From Candidatus Pelagibacter sp. (GTDB lineage: Bacteria > Pseudomonadota > Alphaproteobacteria > Pelagibacterales > Pelagibacteraceae), in assembly GCA_016778675.1 (NCBI GenBank), contig JADHPA010000001.1, forward strand, positions 1 to 59,621: DNA of 59,621 nucleotides. Reading direction: 5' to 3'. Positions 30,304 through 39,645 of this stretch are shown here, piece after piece. The notes under the pieces were generated by a model, which was not told where the DNA came from, made no database searches, and saw nothing but the letters and a program-made list of their open reading frames with translations. The position numbers and the translations under genes were made by a program. Position 1 is the stretch's first letter. Each line of letters opens with the position of its first letter.

Positions 30304-31558
30304 AAAAATAGCATTAGTTGATTGTAATTCTTTTTACGTTTCTTGTGAAAGATTATTCAATCCTAAAATAAGAAGAAAACCTGTTGTAGTTTTATCTAAT
30401 AATGATGGTTGTATCATCTCAAGATCTAATGAAGCAAAAGCTTTAGGGATCAAAATGGGTGAGCCTTATTTTAAAGAAAAAGATATTATCATAAAAAATA
30501 AGGTTGAAGTTTTCTCTTCTAATTATTCTTTATATGGTGATTTATCTAGAAGAGTAATGCGAACTCTTAAAAGATTTAATACAAAAATAGAGGTTTATTC
30601 TATTGATGAGGCTTTTTTAGATTTATCAAATTTTCCAGATCAAGATATAGAAAAAGTTGGCAAAGAAATTCGAGACACAGTTTTACAATGGACAGGGATC
30701 CCAACTAGTATTGGAATTGCCAAAACAAAAACTCTAAGTAAAATTGCAAATCATATTGCAAAGAAAAAACAATCAGGAGTTACTAGTTTAATTAATATTG
30801 AAAATATTGACCCTATTTTAGAAAAAATACATATTAATGATGTATGGGGTGTTGGTAGACAACTTACAAAATTTTATAATAAAAATGGAATTTATAATGC
30901 TAAGCAGCTTAAAAATAAATCTAACAGCTGGATTAAAAAATCTTCTAATGTTTTAAGTTCAAGAACTGCAATGGAACTTAAAGGTATTCCTTGTATTAAT
31001 TTAGAAACAACTACTACAAAAAGAAAAAGTTGTGTTGTTTCAAGATCATTTGGGAAAAGAGTAGAAAGATTTCAAGAATTAAAAGAAGCAGTTGCAAACT
31101 ATTGTTTAAATGCATCTGAAAAAATTAGATCAGAGTCGTTAGTTGCAAAAGCAATCACAGTATTTGTTAGAACTAGTCCCTTTCAAAGAAACTATGGATA
31201 TTACTCAAATGCAAAGAAAGTTGATTTTCCAATTGCAACAAACAATAGTATTGAAATAGTTAAAGTTGCAGTAACAATTCTAGAAACAATTTTCAAAAAT
31301 GGTTACCAGTACCAAAAAGCAGGTGTGATGCTTACGGGATTATCTAACGCCAATGAAAAAACAAATCTATTTTCATCTGAAAAAGATGAAAAAATAAACA
31401 GTTTAATGAAATCTATTGACAGCACCAATCATCGATACGGAAGATCTACCTTAAGTGTTGCAAGTGCTGGGGTTCAAAAAAAGTGGAATATGAAAAGAGA
31501 ATACTCTTCTAAAATAGATACGGCTGATTTTTATTCTCTACCAATGATTAGAGCTTAA
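30281..31558 (+). CDS. umuC: DNA polymerase V catalytic subunit UmuC (Y-family)
   Basis: LVDCNSFYVSCER, VLSNNDGC, FSSNY.LYGD.S.R, YSIDEAF, SRSFG and a UmuC-type C-terminus (WNMKRE..S). Confidence 0.95.
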   Translation: MSSILHTKKIALVDCNSFYVSCERLFNPKIRRKPVVVLSNNDGCIISRSNEAKALGIKMGEPYFKEKDIIIKNKVEVFSSNYSLYGDLSRRVMRTLKRFNTKIEVYSIDEAFLDLSNFPDQDIEKVGKEIRDTVLQWTGIPTSIGIAKTKTLSKIANHIAKKKQSGVTSLINIENIDPILEKIHINDVWGVGRQLTKFYNKNGIYNAKQLKNKSNSWIKKSSNVLSSRTAMELKGIPCINLETTTTKRKSCVVSRSFGKRVERFQELKEAVANYCLNASEKIRSESLVAKAITVFVRTSPFQRNYGYYSNAKKVDFPIATNNSIEIVKVAVTILETIFKNGYQYQKAGVMLTGLSNANEKTNLFSSEKDEKINSLMKSIDSTNHRYGRSTLSVASAGVQKKWNMKREYSSKIDTADFYSLPMIRA

Positions 31559-31568
31559 TTTTTTTTAT

Positions 31569-32441
31569 TCACTTTATCTTATCAATGTTATGAATATTTT
31601 TTAAAGAATTATTAAATTCTTCCATGTTTTCTCTTAGAGCTAAATTGGAAATTGAATATATCATTATTAATAATAGAACTAAAGGTAATGAAGTAATAAT
31701 TGATGCATTGCTTTTAATTAAAAGAATATAAAAAACGATAAATAAAGCTGAACGAATTAAAACTGTTTTTCTAAATACACTAATAATTGAAAGTGAGTGT
31801 TTTAATAAATTAAAAAAACTCATTTTAGATGGTCCAAAATATCTAGTCCCTCTAATAGAAGGAATAGTTAATAAATCTTTTTCTATTTTTTTTAATGAAC
31901 CAGAAAAACTATTCCAGGTTGCTTTTTCTTTAAGCATTTTTTCAATTGTAGTCTTAGAGAGACATGTAAAATTTCCAAATTTAATAGATTGACCTGTGAA
32001 CGATAATGTTAAGAATTTATGAAACTGATAACAAGATTTAAAAAATGAACTTTCAGATCTTTTAACTCTTTCACCTATTATAGGTTTACCATCTGTTTGT
32101 TCAGCAAGCTCTATAAAATTTTTAATCTCTTCTGGTCGATCTTCACCATCTCCATCCATAGGTATTACATAGTCAAATTCTTTTTTTTCATAAATATACT
32201 TTAATCCTGAGGCAATGCATCTTGCATGACCTCTGTTTTCTTTCATGTTTATAATTTCAATTGAATTAATATTTTCAGTATTTCGATAATCATCAATTAT
32301 TTGTTGAGAAGATGCATCGTTAATAACAACAATTGAAATCTCAGAATTGATACCTTCTATTTCAGAATTTATATTTTCAATTAGCTTGGTTAAGCTCTCT
32401 CGATCGTTATAAATTGGAATTAAAATTACATATTTTTTCAT
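31569..32441 (-). CDS. GT2 family glycosyltransferase (polyprenyl-phosphate sugar synthase-like)
   Basis: ILIPIYND, VINDAS, NRGHAR, MDGDGED.P, RYFGPSKMS and a C-terminal TM pair. Start taken at ATG 32441. Confidence 0.85.
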   Translation of the reverse strand: MKKYVILIPIYNDRESLTKLIENINSEIEGINSEISIVVINDASSQQIIDDYRNTENINSIEIINMKENRGHARCIASGLKYIYEKKEFDYVIPMDGDGEDRPEEIKNFIELAEQTDGKPIIGERVKRSESSFFKSCYQFHKFLTLSFTGQSIKFGNFTCLSKTTIEKMLKEKATWNSFSGSLKKIEKDLLTIPSIRGTRYFGPSKMSFFNLLKHSLSIISVFRKTVLIRSALFIVFYILLIKSNASIITSLPLVLLLIMIYSISNLALRENMEEFNNSLKNIHNIDKIK

Positions 32442-32443
32442 AG

Positions 32444-33766
32444 CTATTTTGATCCAACACAAACATTATCAAAGCACATATAATCTTTCAATTGATCAAG
32501 CTTTTCTTTTTCAACAAAACCCTCCCATACCGGTCTTGATTTTAGATGATATGATAAATTACCTGCATTCCACTCATTTCCATAAACTACATTTATCTTA
32601 GAATTGAACTGTTGATCCCAAGCATATTGAGTTTTAATAGCAATTTCCTTCCCTGGGTAATCAGTTCTTTTGTCTTCTTTTGATATTGAGACATAAGCGT
32701 AAAGCACTGGTGACAAAAAAAATAAAAAGATAAAGCCAATCATAAATGGTTTTAACTTTTTAATATTGATTTGAGCTTGAAATAAATAGACAAATAAAGT
32801 TCCAAAAAATAAATAAAACGGTGTCATCCACATTGTTCTAATCTTAGAACCTGTAACAGCTGAGGTTGAAAACATTAACATGATGGGTAAAATATTAATC
32901 GCTAACAAAAAAAGTAATTTTTTATCTTTAAAATCAATTCTAAATTTTATTTTTTTTACCAGCAACCAAACTAAAATTAAAAATGGGATTAGTAATCCAA
33001 TTTGCTTTATTAAAAAAATCAATGGATAATTTATATGATTAATCAAACTAGATTGTTCCAATCCAGTTCTTGCAAGTCCATAAGTTATAGTAATAAAATC
33101 ATTATTGTTTAGCCAAATCAGATGGGGAACTAAAACAATTAGGAATACCTCTAGAGTTATAAGATACTTAAAATCAAATTCTCTATCCTTCTTAATAAAT
33201 ATTAAATATATAAATAAAAGATCAATTGAAACTAAAAGATAAAAAAATAAATATTTAGATAAAAAACCAAATGCTGCAAATAATCCAACTAAAAAACAAT
33301 CAGCAAATTTTATTTCTTTACTAGTATAAATTTTCCATGAAAAATAAACTGTTAAAGACCAAAATGGGAGCTGGCAAACATTTACGTTAAATTCAGGAGT
33401 AGTAAAATTATAAAAATAAATTGCTTCAATAAGTAAAACTGAAATTATACCTAATAAATCACTATTAAAAAATTCTTTAGAAAATTTAAATACATAATAA
33501 AAAGAAATAACTACAAATATTTGACTAAGCAAATAATATATCCAATCTTGAGATCCAAAAATTTGAAAAAAAACTTCTGGAAAAAAAGCACTCATTGGAG
33601 GATGTTTGTTAAAACCCCATTCTAAATTACTGCCCCATGCTAAGGCTTCAATTGTATCAAGAGGTAGATTGTTATTTGTTAACGAAGGAATTAATGTCCA
33701 TAAAAATAAATGTGCTGTGAGAAAGACATAAAAGAACTTATTAATATTATTTTTATTAAGTAACAT
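32444..33766 (-). CDS. GT-C fold membrane glycosyltransferase (ArnT/RgtA-D-like)
   Basis: Polytopic membrane protein with DTIEALAWG..LEWGFNKHPP, GFLSKY and PHLIWL. Confidence 0.8.
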   Translation of the reverse strand: MLLNKNNINKFFYVFLTAHLFLWTLIPSLTNNNLPLDTIEALAWGSNLEWGFNKHPPMSAFFPEVFFQIFGSQDWIYYLLSQIFVVISFYYVFKFSKEFFNSDLLGIISVLLIEAIYFYNFTTPEFNVNVCQLPFWSLTVYFSWKIYTSKEIKFADCFLVGLFAAFGFLSKYLFFYLLVSIDLLFIYLIFIKKDREFDFKYLITLEVFLIVLVPHLIWLNNNDFITITYGLARTGLEQSSLINHINYPLIFLIKQIGLLIPFLILVWLLVKKIKFRIDFKDKKLLFLLAINILPIMLMFSTSAVTGSKIRTMWMTPFYLFFGTLFVYLFQAQINIKKLKPFMIGFIFLFFLSPVLYAYVSISKEDKRTDYPGKEIAIKTQYAWDQQFNSKINVVYGNEWNAGNLSYHLKSRPVWEGFVEKEKLDQLKDYMCFDNVCVGSK

Positions 33767-33797
33767 TTTATATAGATTTTATATGAATTAAGCTTGC

Positions 33798-33833
33798 TTG
33801 ACACCTATTAATTGCTGAATATACTCCGGCCAC
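33798..33833 (+). promoter_or_regulatory. sigma70 promoter of dksA with GC-rich discriminator
   Basis: TTGACA (33798) -N16- TATACT (33820) followed by CCGGCCAC. Confidence 0.8.
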
Positions 33834-33846
33834 TAAATTTATACAT

Positions 33847-34389
33847 ATGCCCAAAACTTCAAAAAAAACTGCTAAAAAAAAAGTTGCTAAATCTAAAAAA
33901 TCTATTTCTATAAAAACAAAACCTGCTAAAGAAGTTAAAAAAGTTATTGTTGAAAAAAAAAAAACTAAAGCATCAGTTAAAATTTCAAAAAACTATCTCC
34001 CAAAAGAAACTGAAAAATATATGTGTGAAAAGCACTTAGTTTTTTTTAAAATAAAATTAACTGAATGGAAAAAAGAGTTAGTCAAAGCAAATAATGAAGC
34101 CCTTTATCATGGATCAATGGATGACAATAGTATTTCGGCAGATATTGTGGACCAAGCAAGCTCATACACAGATAAAGCTGTTGAAATGAAAGCGATCAAC
34201 CGTCAAATAAAATTAATTTCTAAAATTGAACAAGCTCTATTGAGAATAAAAAATCGAACATATGGATTTTGTGAAGAAACAGCTGAGCCAATAGGATTAA
34301 AGAGATTAATGGCAAGACCTGTTGCTGACTTATGTATAGCTGCTCAAGAAAAACACGAAAAAGAAGAAAAAGTATACGCTGACGATTAA
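33847..34389 (+). CDS. dksA: RNA polymerase-binding transcription factor DksA
   Basis: Coiled-coil tip D..DQAS and YGFCEET.EPIG.KRL.ARP.A.LCI.AQE (alpha-type two-Cys form); Lys-rich N-terminus. Confidence 0.95.
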   Translation: MPKTSKKTAKKKVAKSKKSISIKTKPAKEVKKVIVEKKKTKASVKISKNYLPKETEKYMCEKHLVFFKIKLTEWKKELVKANNEALYHGSMDDNSISADIVDQASSYTDKAVEMKAINRQIKLISKIEQALLRIKNRTYGFCEETAEPIGLKRLMARPVADLCIAAQEKHEKEEKVYADD

Positions 34390-35012
34390 GGCTTTGGTAT
34401 TATTGAGCCATTTTTTAATAAATCATATCCTTTTATAACAGCCTCTCTTTTTGAAATATCTAAATACCATCTTGTCAGGCTTTTATAATTATTAAGTCCA
34501 ATATCATGCCATTCATGTCTTGCTATCCAGGGCCAAGTTGCAATATCAGCAATGGTATATTCATTTCCAGCTAAGTATTTTGATGAAGATAATCTTTCAT
34601 CTAGCTCACCATAAATTCTTTTAGCGATTTTAAAATATCTTTCTTCTCCAAATTCACTTTTTCCAGGATTATAATGATGAAACTGATGATGTTGACCAAT
34701 CATTGGTCCAATAATTCCCATCTGCGCCATCAACCATTGATTAATAATATAGCGATCTTTTAAATCATAAAACTTGTTATATTTTTCACCCAAATAAATA
34801 AGAATTGCCCCAGACTCAAATAAAGATTGTCCATTTTCATGATCAATGATTACTGGAATTTTTCCAAAAGGACTTATTTTTATGAAATCTTTTTTTAATT
34901 GCTCACCTTTAGATAAATCAATTTTAGTAACTTTAAAATCACAGCCTAACTCTTCTAACATTATTGTGATTTTTTTCCCGTTTGGAGTGTCGGCAGTAAA
35001 AAGCTCTATCAC
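34386..35012 (-). CDS. Glutathione S-transferase (YfcG/Nu-class-like)
   Basis: TPNG.KI..MLEE, SPFGKIP, FESGAILIYL and YTIADIATWPW. Confidence 0.92.
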   Translation of the reverse strand: MIELFTADTPNGKKITIMLEELGCDFKVTKIDLSKGEQLKKDFIKISPFGKIPVIIDHENGQSLFESGAILIYLGEKYNKFYDLKDRYIINQWLMAQMGIIGPMIGQHHQFHHYNPGKSEFGEERYFKIAKRIYGELDERLSSSKYLAGNEYTIADIATWPWIARHEWHDIGLNNYKSLTRWYLDISKREAVIKGYDLLKNGSIIPKP

Positions 35013-36025
35013 TCTTTAATACCCAGTCTACTTTTTACTATTTTGGAAGAAGTCGTAAATTCAAATCTGTATTTTTCATCCGGTTTTGCATACTTAAAAC
35101 AGCCTCTAGCAGCTAATGCCCCTTCATGAAAACCTGAAAGAATTAGTTTTAGTTTTCCAGGATAGGAACAGATATCTCCAATTGCAAAAATGCCTTTTTT
35201 ATTAGTTTCAAAATTTTCTGTGTTAACAGGAATAGTTTTTTTATCTAAATTTAATCCCCACTCAGCAATAGGTCCTAATTTCATAATCAATCCAAAAAAA
35301 CCCAAAACATAATCTGTTTTAATTTCTTTTATACTTTCATCATCATGTTTAATGTTAATACTTTCAATCTTATTATCACCTTCAACTGAGTCAAGTTGGT
35401 ACTTAGTATAAATCTCTATTTTACCTTCTTCTTTCAATTGATTAACTTTATCAATACTTGCTTGCATTCCTCTAAAATCATCTCTTCGGTGAACTAATAT
35501 TACCTTTGAGGTATTTGATAATTCAATTGCCCAATCTAATGCTGAATCTCCTCCACCAAAAATAGTAACAGTTTTATCTTTAAAAATTTTTTTATCTTTT
35601 ACTGAATATAATATTTTTTTACCTTCGTATTTTTCTATTTCTTTTGTTGAAAATTTTCTTGGTTCAAATGAACCTACTCCAGCTGCAATAATTATGCTTG
35701 AAGTTTCAAATTGAGTTCCTTTATTTGTTTTTATTAACCATTTTTTTTCATCTTGCTTAATTTCTTCTACTCTTTCATTTAAATGAAAATTTGTTTTAAA
35801 TGTTTTTATTTGCTCAAGTAAATTATTAGTTAATTCTTCCCCGGTACATTCTGGAATAGCTGGGATGTCATATATAGGTTTATCCGGATAGAGCTCAATA
35901 CATTGTCCACCAATTTTATCTAAATTATCTACTACTTCACAAGTTAATCCAATTATTCCCAGTTGATGAACACAAAACAAACCAACTGGTCCAGCACCAA
36001 TTATCAATGTATCTGTTTTAATCAT
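35009..36025 (-). CDS. Ferredoxin--NADP reductase (TrxB-like type)
   Basis: GAGPVG, GGQC.ELYPDKPIYDIP, GGGDSALDW, HRRDDFR and YPGKLKLILSGFHEG; lacks the TrxB CxxC. Confidence 0.92.
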   Translation of the reverse strand: MIKTDTLIIGAGPVGLFCVHQLGIIGLTCEVVDNLDKIGGQCIELYPDKPIYDIPAIPECTGEELTNNLLEQIKTFKTNFHLNERVEEIKQDEKKWLIKTNKGTQFETSSIIIAAGVGSFEPRKFSTKEIEKYEGKKILYSVKDKKIFKDKTVTIFGGGDSALDWAIELSNTSKVILVHRRDDFRGMQASIDKVNQLKEEGKIEIYTKYQLDSVEGDNKIESINIKHDDESIKEIKTDYVLGFFGLIMKLGPIAEWGLNLDKKTIPVNTENFETNKKGIFAIGDICSYPGKLKLILSGFHEGALAARGCFKYAKPDEKYRFEFTTSSKIVKSRLGIKE

Positions 36026-36346
36026 TTAACCTTGCTTTGATGGAATGCTTACTATTAAGCCATCTAATTCATCTGAAACTATTAACTGGCAGCTTAATCT
36101 GCTATTTTTTTTTGGCTCAAATGCCATATCCAACATATCTTCTTCACCATCTTCTTTTTTAGGGAGTTTGTCAAACCACTCTTCATTTACATAAACGTGA
36201 CAAGTAGCACAAGCCATACCACCTCCACAATCTGCATCAATACCTTGAATATCATTCTGGACAGCGCCTTCCATTACAGTTAGCCCATTGGACACATCTA
36301 TAGTTTTGCTGTTACCATTGTTTTCTAAATAAGTAATTTTAGGCAT
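36026..36346 (-). CDS. 2Fe-2S ferredoxin (adrenodoxin type)
   Basis: [14 protein letters not shown] and SRLSCQ. Confidence 0.95.
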   Translation of the reverse strand: MPKITYLENNGNSKTIDVSNGLTVMEGAVQNDIQGIDADCGGGMACATCHVYVNEEWFDKLPKKEDGEEDMLDMAFEPKKNSRLSCQLIVSDELDGLIVSIPSKQG

Positions 36347-36370
36347 ATATTCTAAATATAATTACATAAG

Positions 36371-36412
36371 AAAAAAGGGCAAGTATGCAAAAACATACCT
36401 GCCCTTTTTTTT
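36371..36412 (-). terminator. Rho-independent terminator of the proteorhodopsin gene
   Basis: Minus strand AAAAAAGGGCAGGTATG-TTTTTG-CATACTTGCCCTTTTTT; it includes a G-U pair that forms only on this strand. Confidence 0.85.
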
Positions 36413-36431
36413 AATTATTTAACGAGTAAAA

Positions 36432-37202
36432 CTACTTCTTAGCTCTACCAGGTTGTTGCATTGCTGCTGCCCAAATGATTAGACCAAAAGCGATCTTGTT
36501 CAAAAAGTCAGCTGCATTGTAAATCACGTTTAGCGAGTTTGCATCTACACCACCTGTTAGGTAACCAAATACATAACCTAATGGGTAAATAGCCCAACCA
36601 ACTGTAACGATCATTCTCATAGCACCAAATGCAGTAACAAGAGCTTTGTTTCCACTCTTCGCTGCATTTTTACCTGCTTCACCTGAAAATACTTCATAAA
36701 GAATGTAGAACCATCCAGCCATACCGATTACAAAACCAAGTGTAGCATTAATGTATCCTGCTTCTCCTAAGTATCCACCGATTAACATTACTAAAGTACC
36801 AATCATCAATCTCCAAAATATTCCAGAGTTTGCTTTATTTACTGCTGCAAGAACAAAATAGAATTCTAGCATCAATAATGGAACTGTAATTAACCAGTCA
36901 ATATATCTGTATACTGTTGGTGACTCACCAGTCATGATCCACACATCTCTCATGTACATGTAATGTATGAACGCAATACCAGTTACTAGTCCTGCAACAG
37001 TTATTGAAACTCTCCAGCCAGCTGGAACTGATGCTCTTTCAATAAAAAAGAATGCCGTTGACGCTAATAACGCCATTGACACAAGCCAGAATGAAATTCC
37101 GACAAAGTCATCAGAAGCTAACATTGCAGTTTCTGCGTTTGCTACACCTGTAACACCCATTAGGGCTACAGCTGTAAAAGCAAACAATTTTAGTTTTTTC
37201 AT
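36432..37202 (-). CDS. Proteorhodopsin, green-absorbing type (Leu105), DTE proton pump
   Basis: RYIDWLITVPLLMLEF gives D97/T101/L105/E108. His in AFIHYMYMR, retinal Lys in DFLNKIAFG, signal peptide and strong SD GAGGGAG. Confidence 0.98.
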   Translation of the reverse strand: MKKLKLFAFTAVALMGVTGVANAETAMLASDDFVGISFWLVSMALLASTAFFFIERASVPAGWRVSITVAGLVTGIAFIHYMYMRDVWIMTGESPTVYRYIDWLITVPLLMLEFYFVLAAVNKANSGIFWRLMIGTLVMLIGGYLGEAGYINATLGFVIGMAGWFYILYEVFSGEAGKNAAKSGNKALVTAFGAMRMIVTVGWAIYPLGYVFGYLTGGVDANSLNVIYNAADFLNKIAFGLIIWAAAMQQPGRAKK

Positions 37203-37417
37203 AAAAAACTCCCTCTTTGTTAGTTTTTAACTTTTAGTTTATATAAACTAGACACAAATATTAGTTTGTATCTATAGTGTGGATTAACTATCAAAGTTAT
37301 TAAGTTTTTAGAAGGCTTAAATGTATCTAATTTGTATTGATTTTACTTACTTTTTAAATTTTAATACAATTTATAATTTAATAAGTTTAAAAAACTAACA
37401 AAATAGAATCAAATAAT

Positions 37418-39313
37418 ATGTCAAAAAAATTTAATGATATTTACCAAAATTCTCTAAAAAATCCTGAAGATTTTTGGCAAGAAGTATCTAATGATATTTT
37501 TTGGTTTAAAAAACCCACTAAAATTTTAAATAAATCCAATCCACCTTTTTATAAGTGGTTTGAAGATGGTGTTACTAATACTTGTTACAATGCTTTAGAC
37601 ATTCATATCGATCAAGATAGAGGTGACAAGCTAGCTTTAATCTATGACAGCCCAATAACTGGCAACAAAAAGCAGTTTACTTATAAAGAATTAAGAGAAA
37701 AAGTTTCAAAATTTGCAGGAGCGCTAAGAAATCAAGGAGTCGACAAAGGTGATAGGGTTATAATCTATATGCCTATGATCCCAGAGGCAGTCATAGCAAT
37801 GTTAGCATGTGGGAGAATTGGAGCAATTCACTCTGTGGTGTTTGGGGGGTTTGCCTCAAATGAACTTGCTAGCAGAATTGATGATAGTAAAGCAAAAGTA
37901 ATAGTTACAGCTTCATGTGGCTTTGAACCTAGAAAAACTGTTGAGTACAAACCATTGGTTGATGCAGCAATTAAAATGGCTTCTCATAAAATTGATAAAA
38001 TGATCTTATTTCAAAGAATAGATCATACCGTTGAACTTAATGCTCCAAAAGAAATCAGTTGGGATGAAGCGCTTTCAAATGCAAAAGAAGTAGATTGTGT
38101 TGAAATGAATTCAAATGATTTAGCTTATATTTTATATACATCAGGGACAACAGGTGTACCTAAAGGAATTGTTAGGGATATTGGAGGTCATATAGTTGCT
38201 CTTAAATGGACCATGAAAAATATTTATAATATTAATGCTGATGATGTTTGGTGGTCAGCAAGTGATATTGGATGGATTGTTGGTCACTCTTATATTGTTT
38301 ATGCCCCTTTATTTAAAGGTTGCACTACAGTATTATTTGAAGGAAAGCCCGTTGGCACTCCTGATGCTGGTGCTTTTTGGAAAATAATTTCAGACTATAA
38401 AGTAAAATCACTTTTTACTGCACCAACTGCTTTTAGGGCTATTAAAAAAGAAGACCCTGAGGGTAAGTTTTTTTCTAAGTATGATTTAAGTAAATTTGAG
38501 TCATTGTTTTTAGCTGGTGAAAGGGCTGACCCTGATACCATTAAGTGGGCAGAAAATTTATTAAAAGTTCCTGTAATTGATCATTGGTGGCAAACAGAAA
38601 CTAGTTGGGCAATTAGTTCTAATTGTACAGGAATTGAAATGATGAAAACAAAGTATGGCTCAGCTTGTAAGGCAGTTCCAGGATATGATGTACAAATCAT
38701 GAAGCCAGATCAAACTTTAGCAAAACCTAATGAGATGGGAGATATAGTTATAAAATTACCTTTGCCTCCTGGAACTTTTCCAACACTATGGAATGCAGAT
38801 AAAAGATACAAAGATAATTACATGACGAACTATGACGGTTACTATGAAACTTATGATGCAGGTCATATAGATGAAGATGGTTACATTTGGATTATGTCTA
38901 GAACAGACGATATTATTAATGTTGCAGGTCACAGATTATCAACGGGTGCTATAGAAGAAGTTTTATCAGAACATCAATCAGTAGCTGAATGTGCGGTATT
39001 AGGAGTTGCTGATAAATTAAAAGGACAATTACCAATAGGTCTCGTAGTTCTTAAAACTGGTGTTAAAAAAGATAACGAAACTATTTCAAAAGAATGTATA
39101 AAAATGGTTAGAGATAGCATAGGACCTGTTGCTGCATTTAAAAATGTAATTGTCATTAAAAGACTACCAAAAACAAGATCTGGTAAAATATTAAGAGGAA
39201 CTATTAGAAAAATTGCTGATAATGAAGATTATAAGGTTCCAGCAACTATTGATGATCCTGCTATCTTAACTGAGATAAAAGAAGACTTAATTAAAAATAA
39301 TATTCTTAAATAA
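37418..39313 (+). CDS. prpE: Propionate--CoA ligase (PrpE/Acs family)
   Basis: YILYTSGTTGVPKG, ASDIGWIVGHSY, EGKPVGTPD, DHWWQTET, NVAGHRLST and LPKTRSGKILR. Confidence 0.88.
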   Translation: MSKKFNDIYQNSLKNPEDFWQEVSNDIFWFKKPTKILNKSNPPFYKWFEDGVTNTCYNALDIHIDQDRGDKLALIYDSPITGNKKQFTYKELREKVSKFAGALRNQGVDKGDRVIIYMPMIPEAVIAMLACGRIGAIHSVVFGGFASNELASRIDDSKAKVIVTASCGFEPRKTVEYKPLVDAAIKMASHKIDKMILFQRIDHTVELNAPKEISWDEALSNAKEVDCVEMNSNDLAYILYTSGTTGVPKGIVRDIGGHIVALKWTMKNIYNINADDVWWSASDIGWIVGHSYIVYAPLFKGCTTVLFEGKPVGTPDAGAFWKIISDYKVKSLFTAPTAFRAIKKEDPEGKFFSKYDLSKFESLFLAGERADPDTIKWAENLLKVPVIDHWWQTETSWAISSNCTGIEMMKTKYGSACKAVPGYDVQIMKPDQTLAKPNEMGDIVIKLPLPPGTFPTLWNADKRYKDNYMTNYDGYYETYDAGHIDEDGYIWIMSRTDDIINVAGHRLSTGAIEEVLSEHQSVAECAVLGVADKLKGQLPIGLVVLKTGVKKDNETISKECIKMVRDSIGPVAAFKNVIVIKRLPKTRSGKILRGTIRKIADNEDYKVPATIDDPAILTEIKEDLIKNNILK

Positions 39314-39645
39314 TGATTAAAACTTACTTATTTTTGATTATTGCAATTTTTTGTGAAGTTGGTGGAACAATGTTATTACCCGTTTCACAAAATTTTACTA
39401 AAATAATTCCAACAACAGCACTTGCAGTTTTGTATCTATCTTCATTTTATCTTTTAACATTTGTGGTTGATAAACTTCCAATAGCTATTGTTTACGCAAC
39501 ATGGAGTGGCCTTGGTATATTTACAATTGCAATATTAGGATATATTTTCTTCAAACAATCACTACCATGGCAGGCTGTTTTAGGGTTGTTCTTTATTGTT
39601 ACTGGTGTTGTTCTGGTAAATAGCTTTACTATAAAAACTATCTAA
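39313..39645 (+). CDS. Small multidrug resistance (SMR/EmrE-like) transporter
   Basis: 110 aa with four TM segments; AIFCEV (conserved Glu) and YATWSGLG. Confidence 0.9.
   Translation: MIKTYLFLIIAIFCEVGGTMLLPVSQNFTKIIPTTALAVLYLSSFYLLTFVVDKLPIAIVYATWSGLGIFTIAILGYIFFKQSLPWQAVLGLFFIVTGVVLVNSFTIKTI

Noticed and set aside
37278-37286. DnaA-box-like TGTGGATTA upstream of proteorhodopsin
   Set aside because: One mismatch and a single copy; likely chance.
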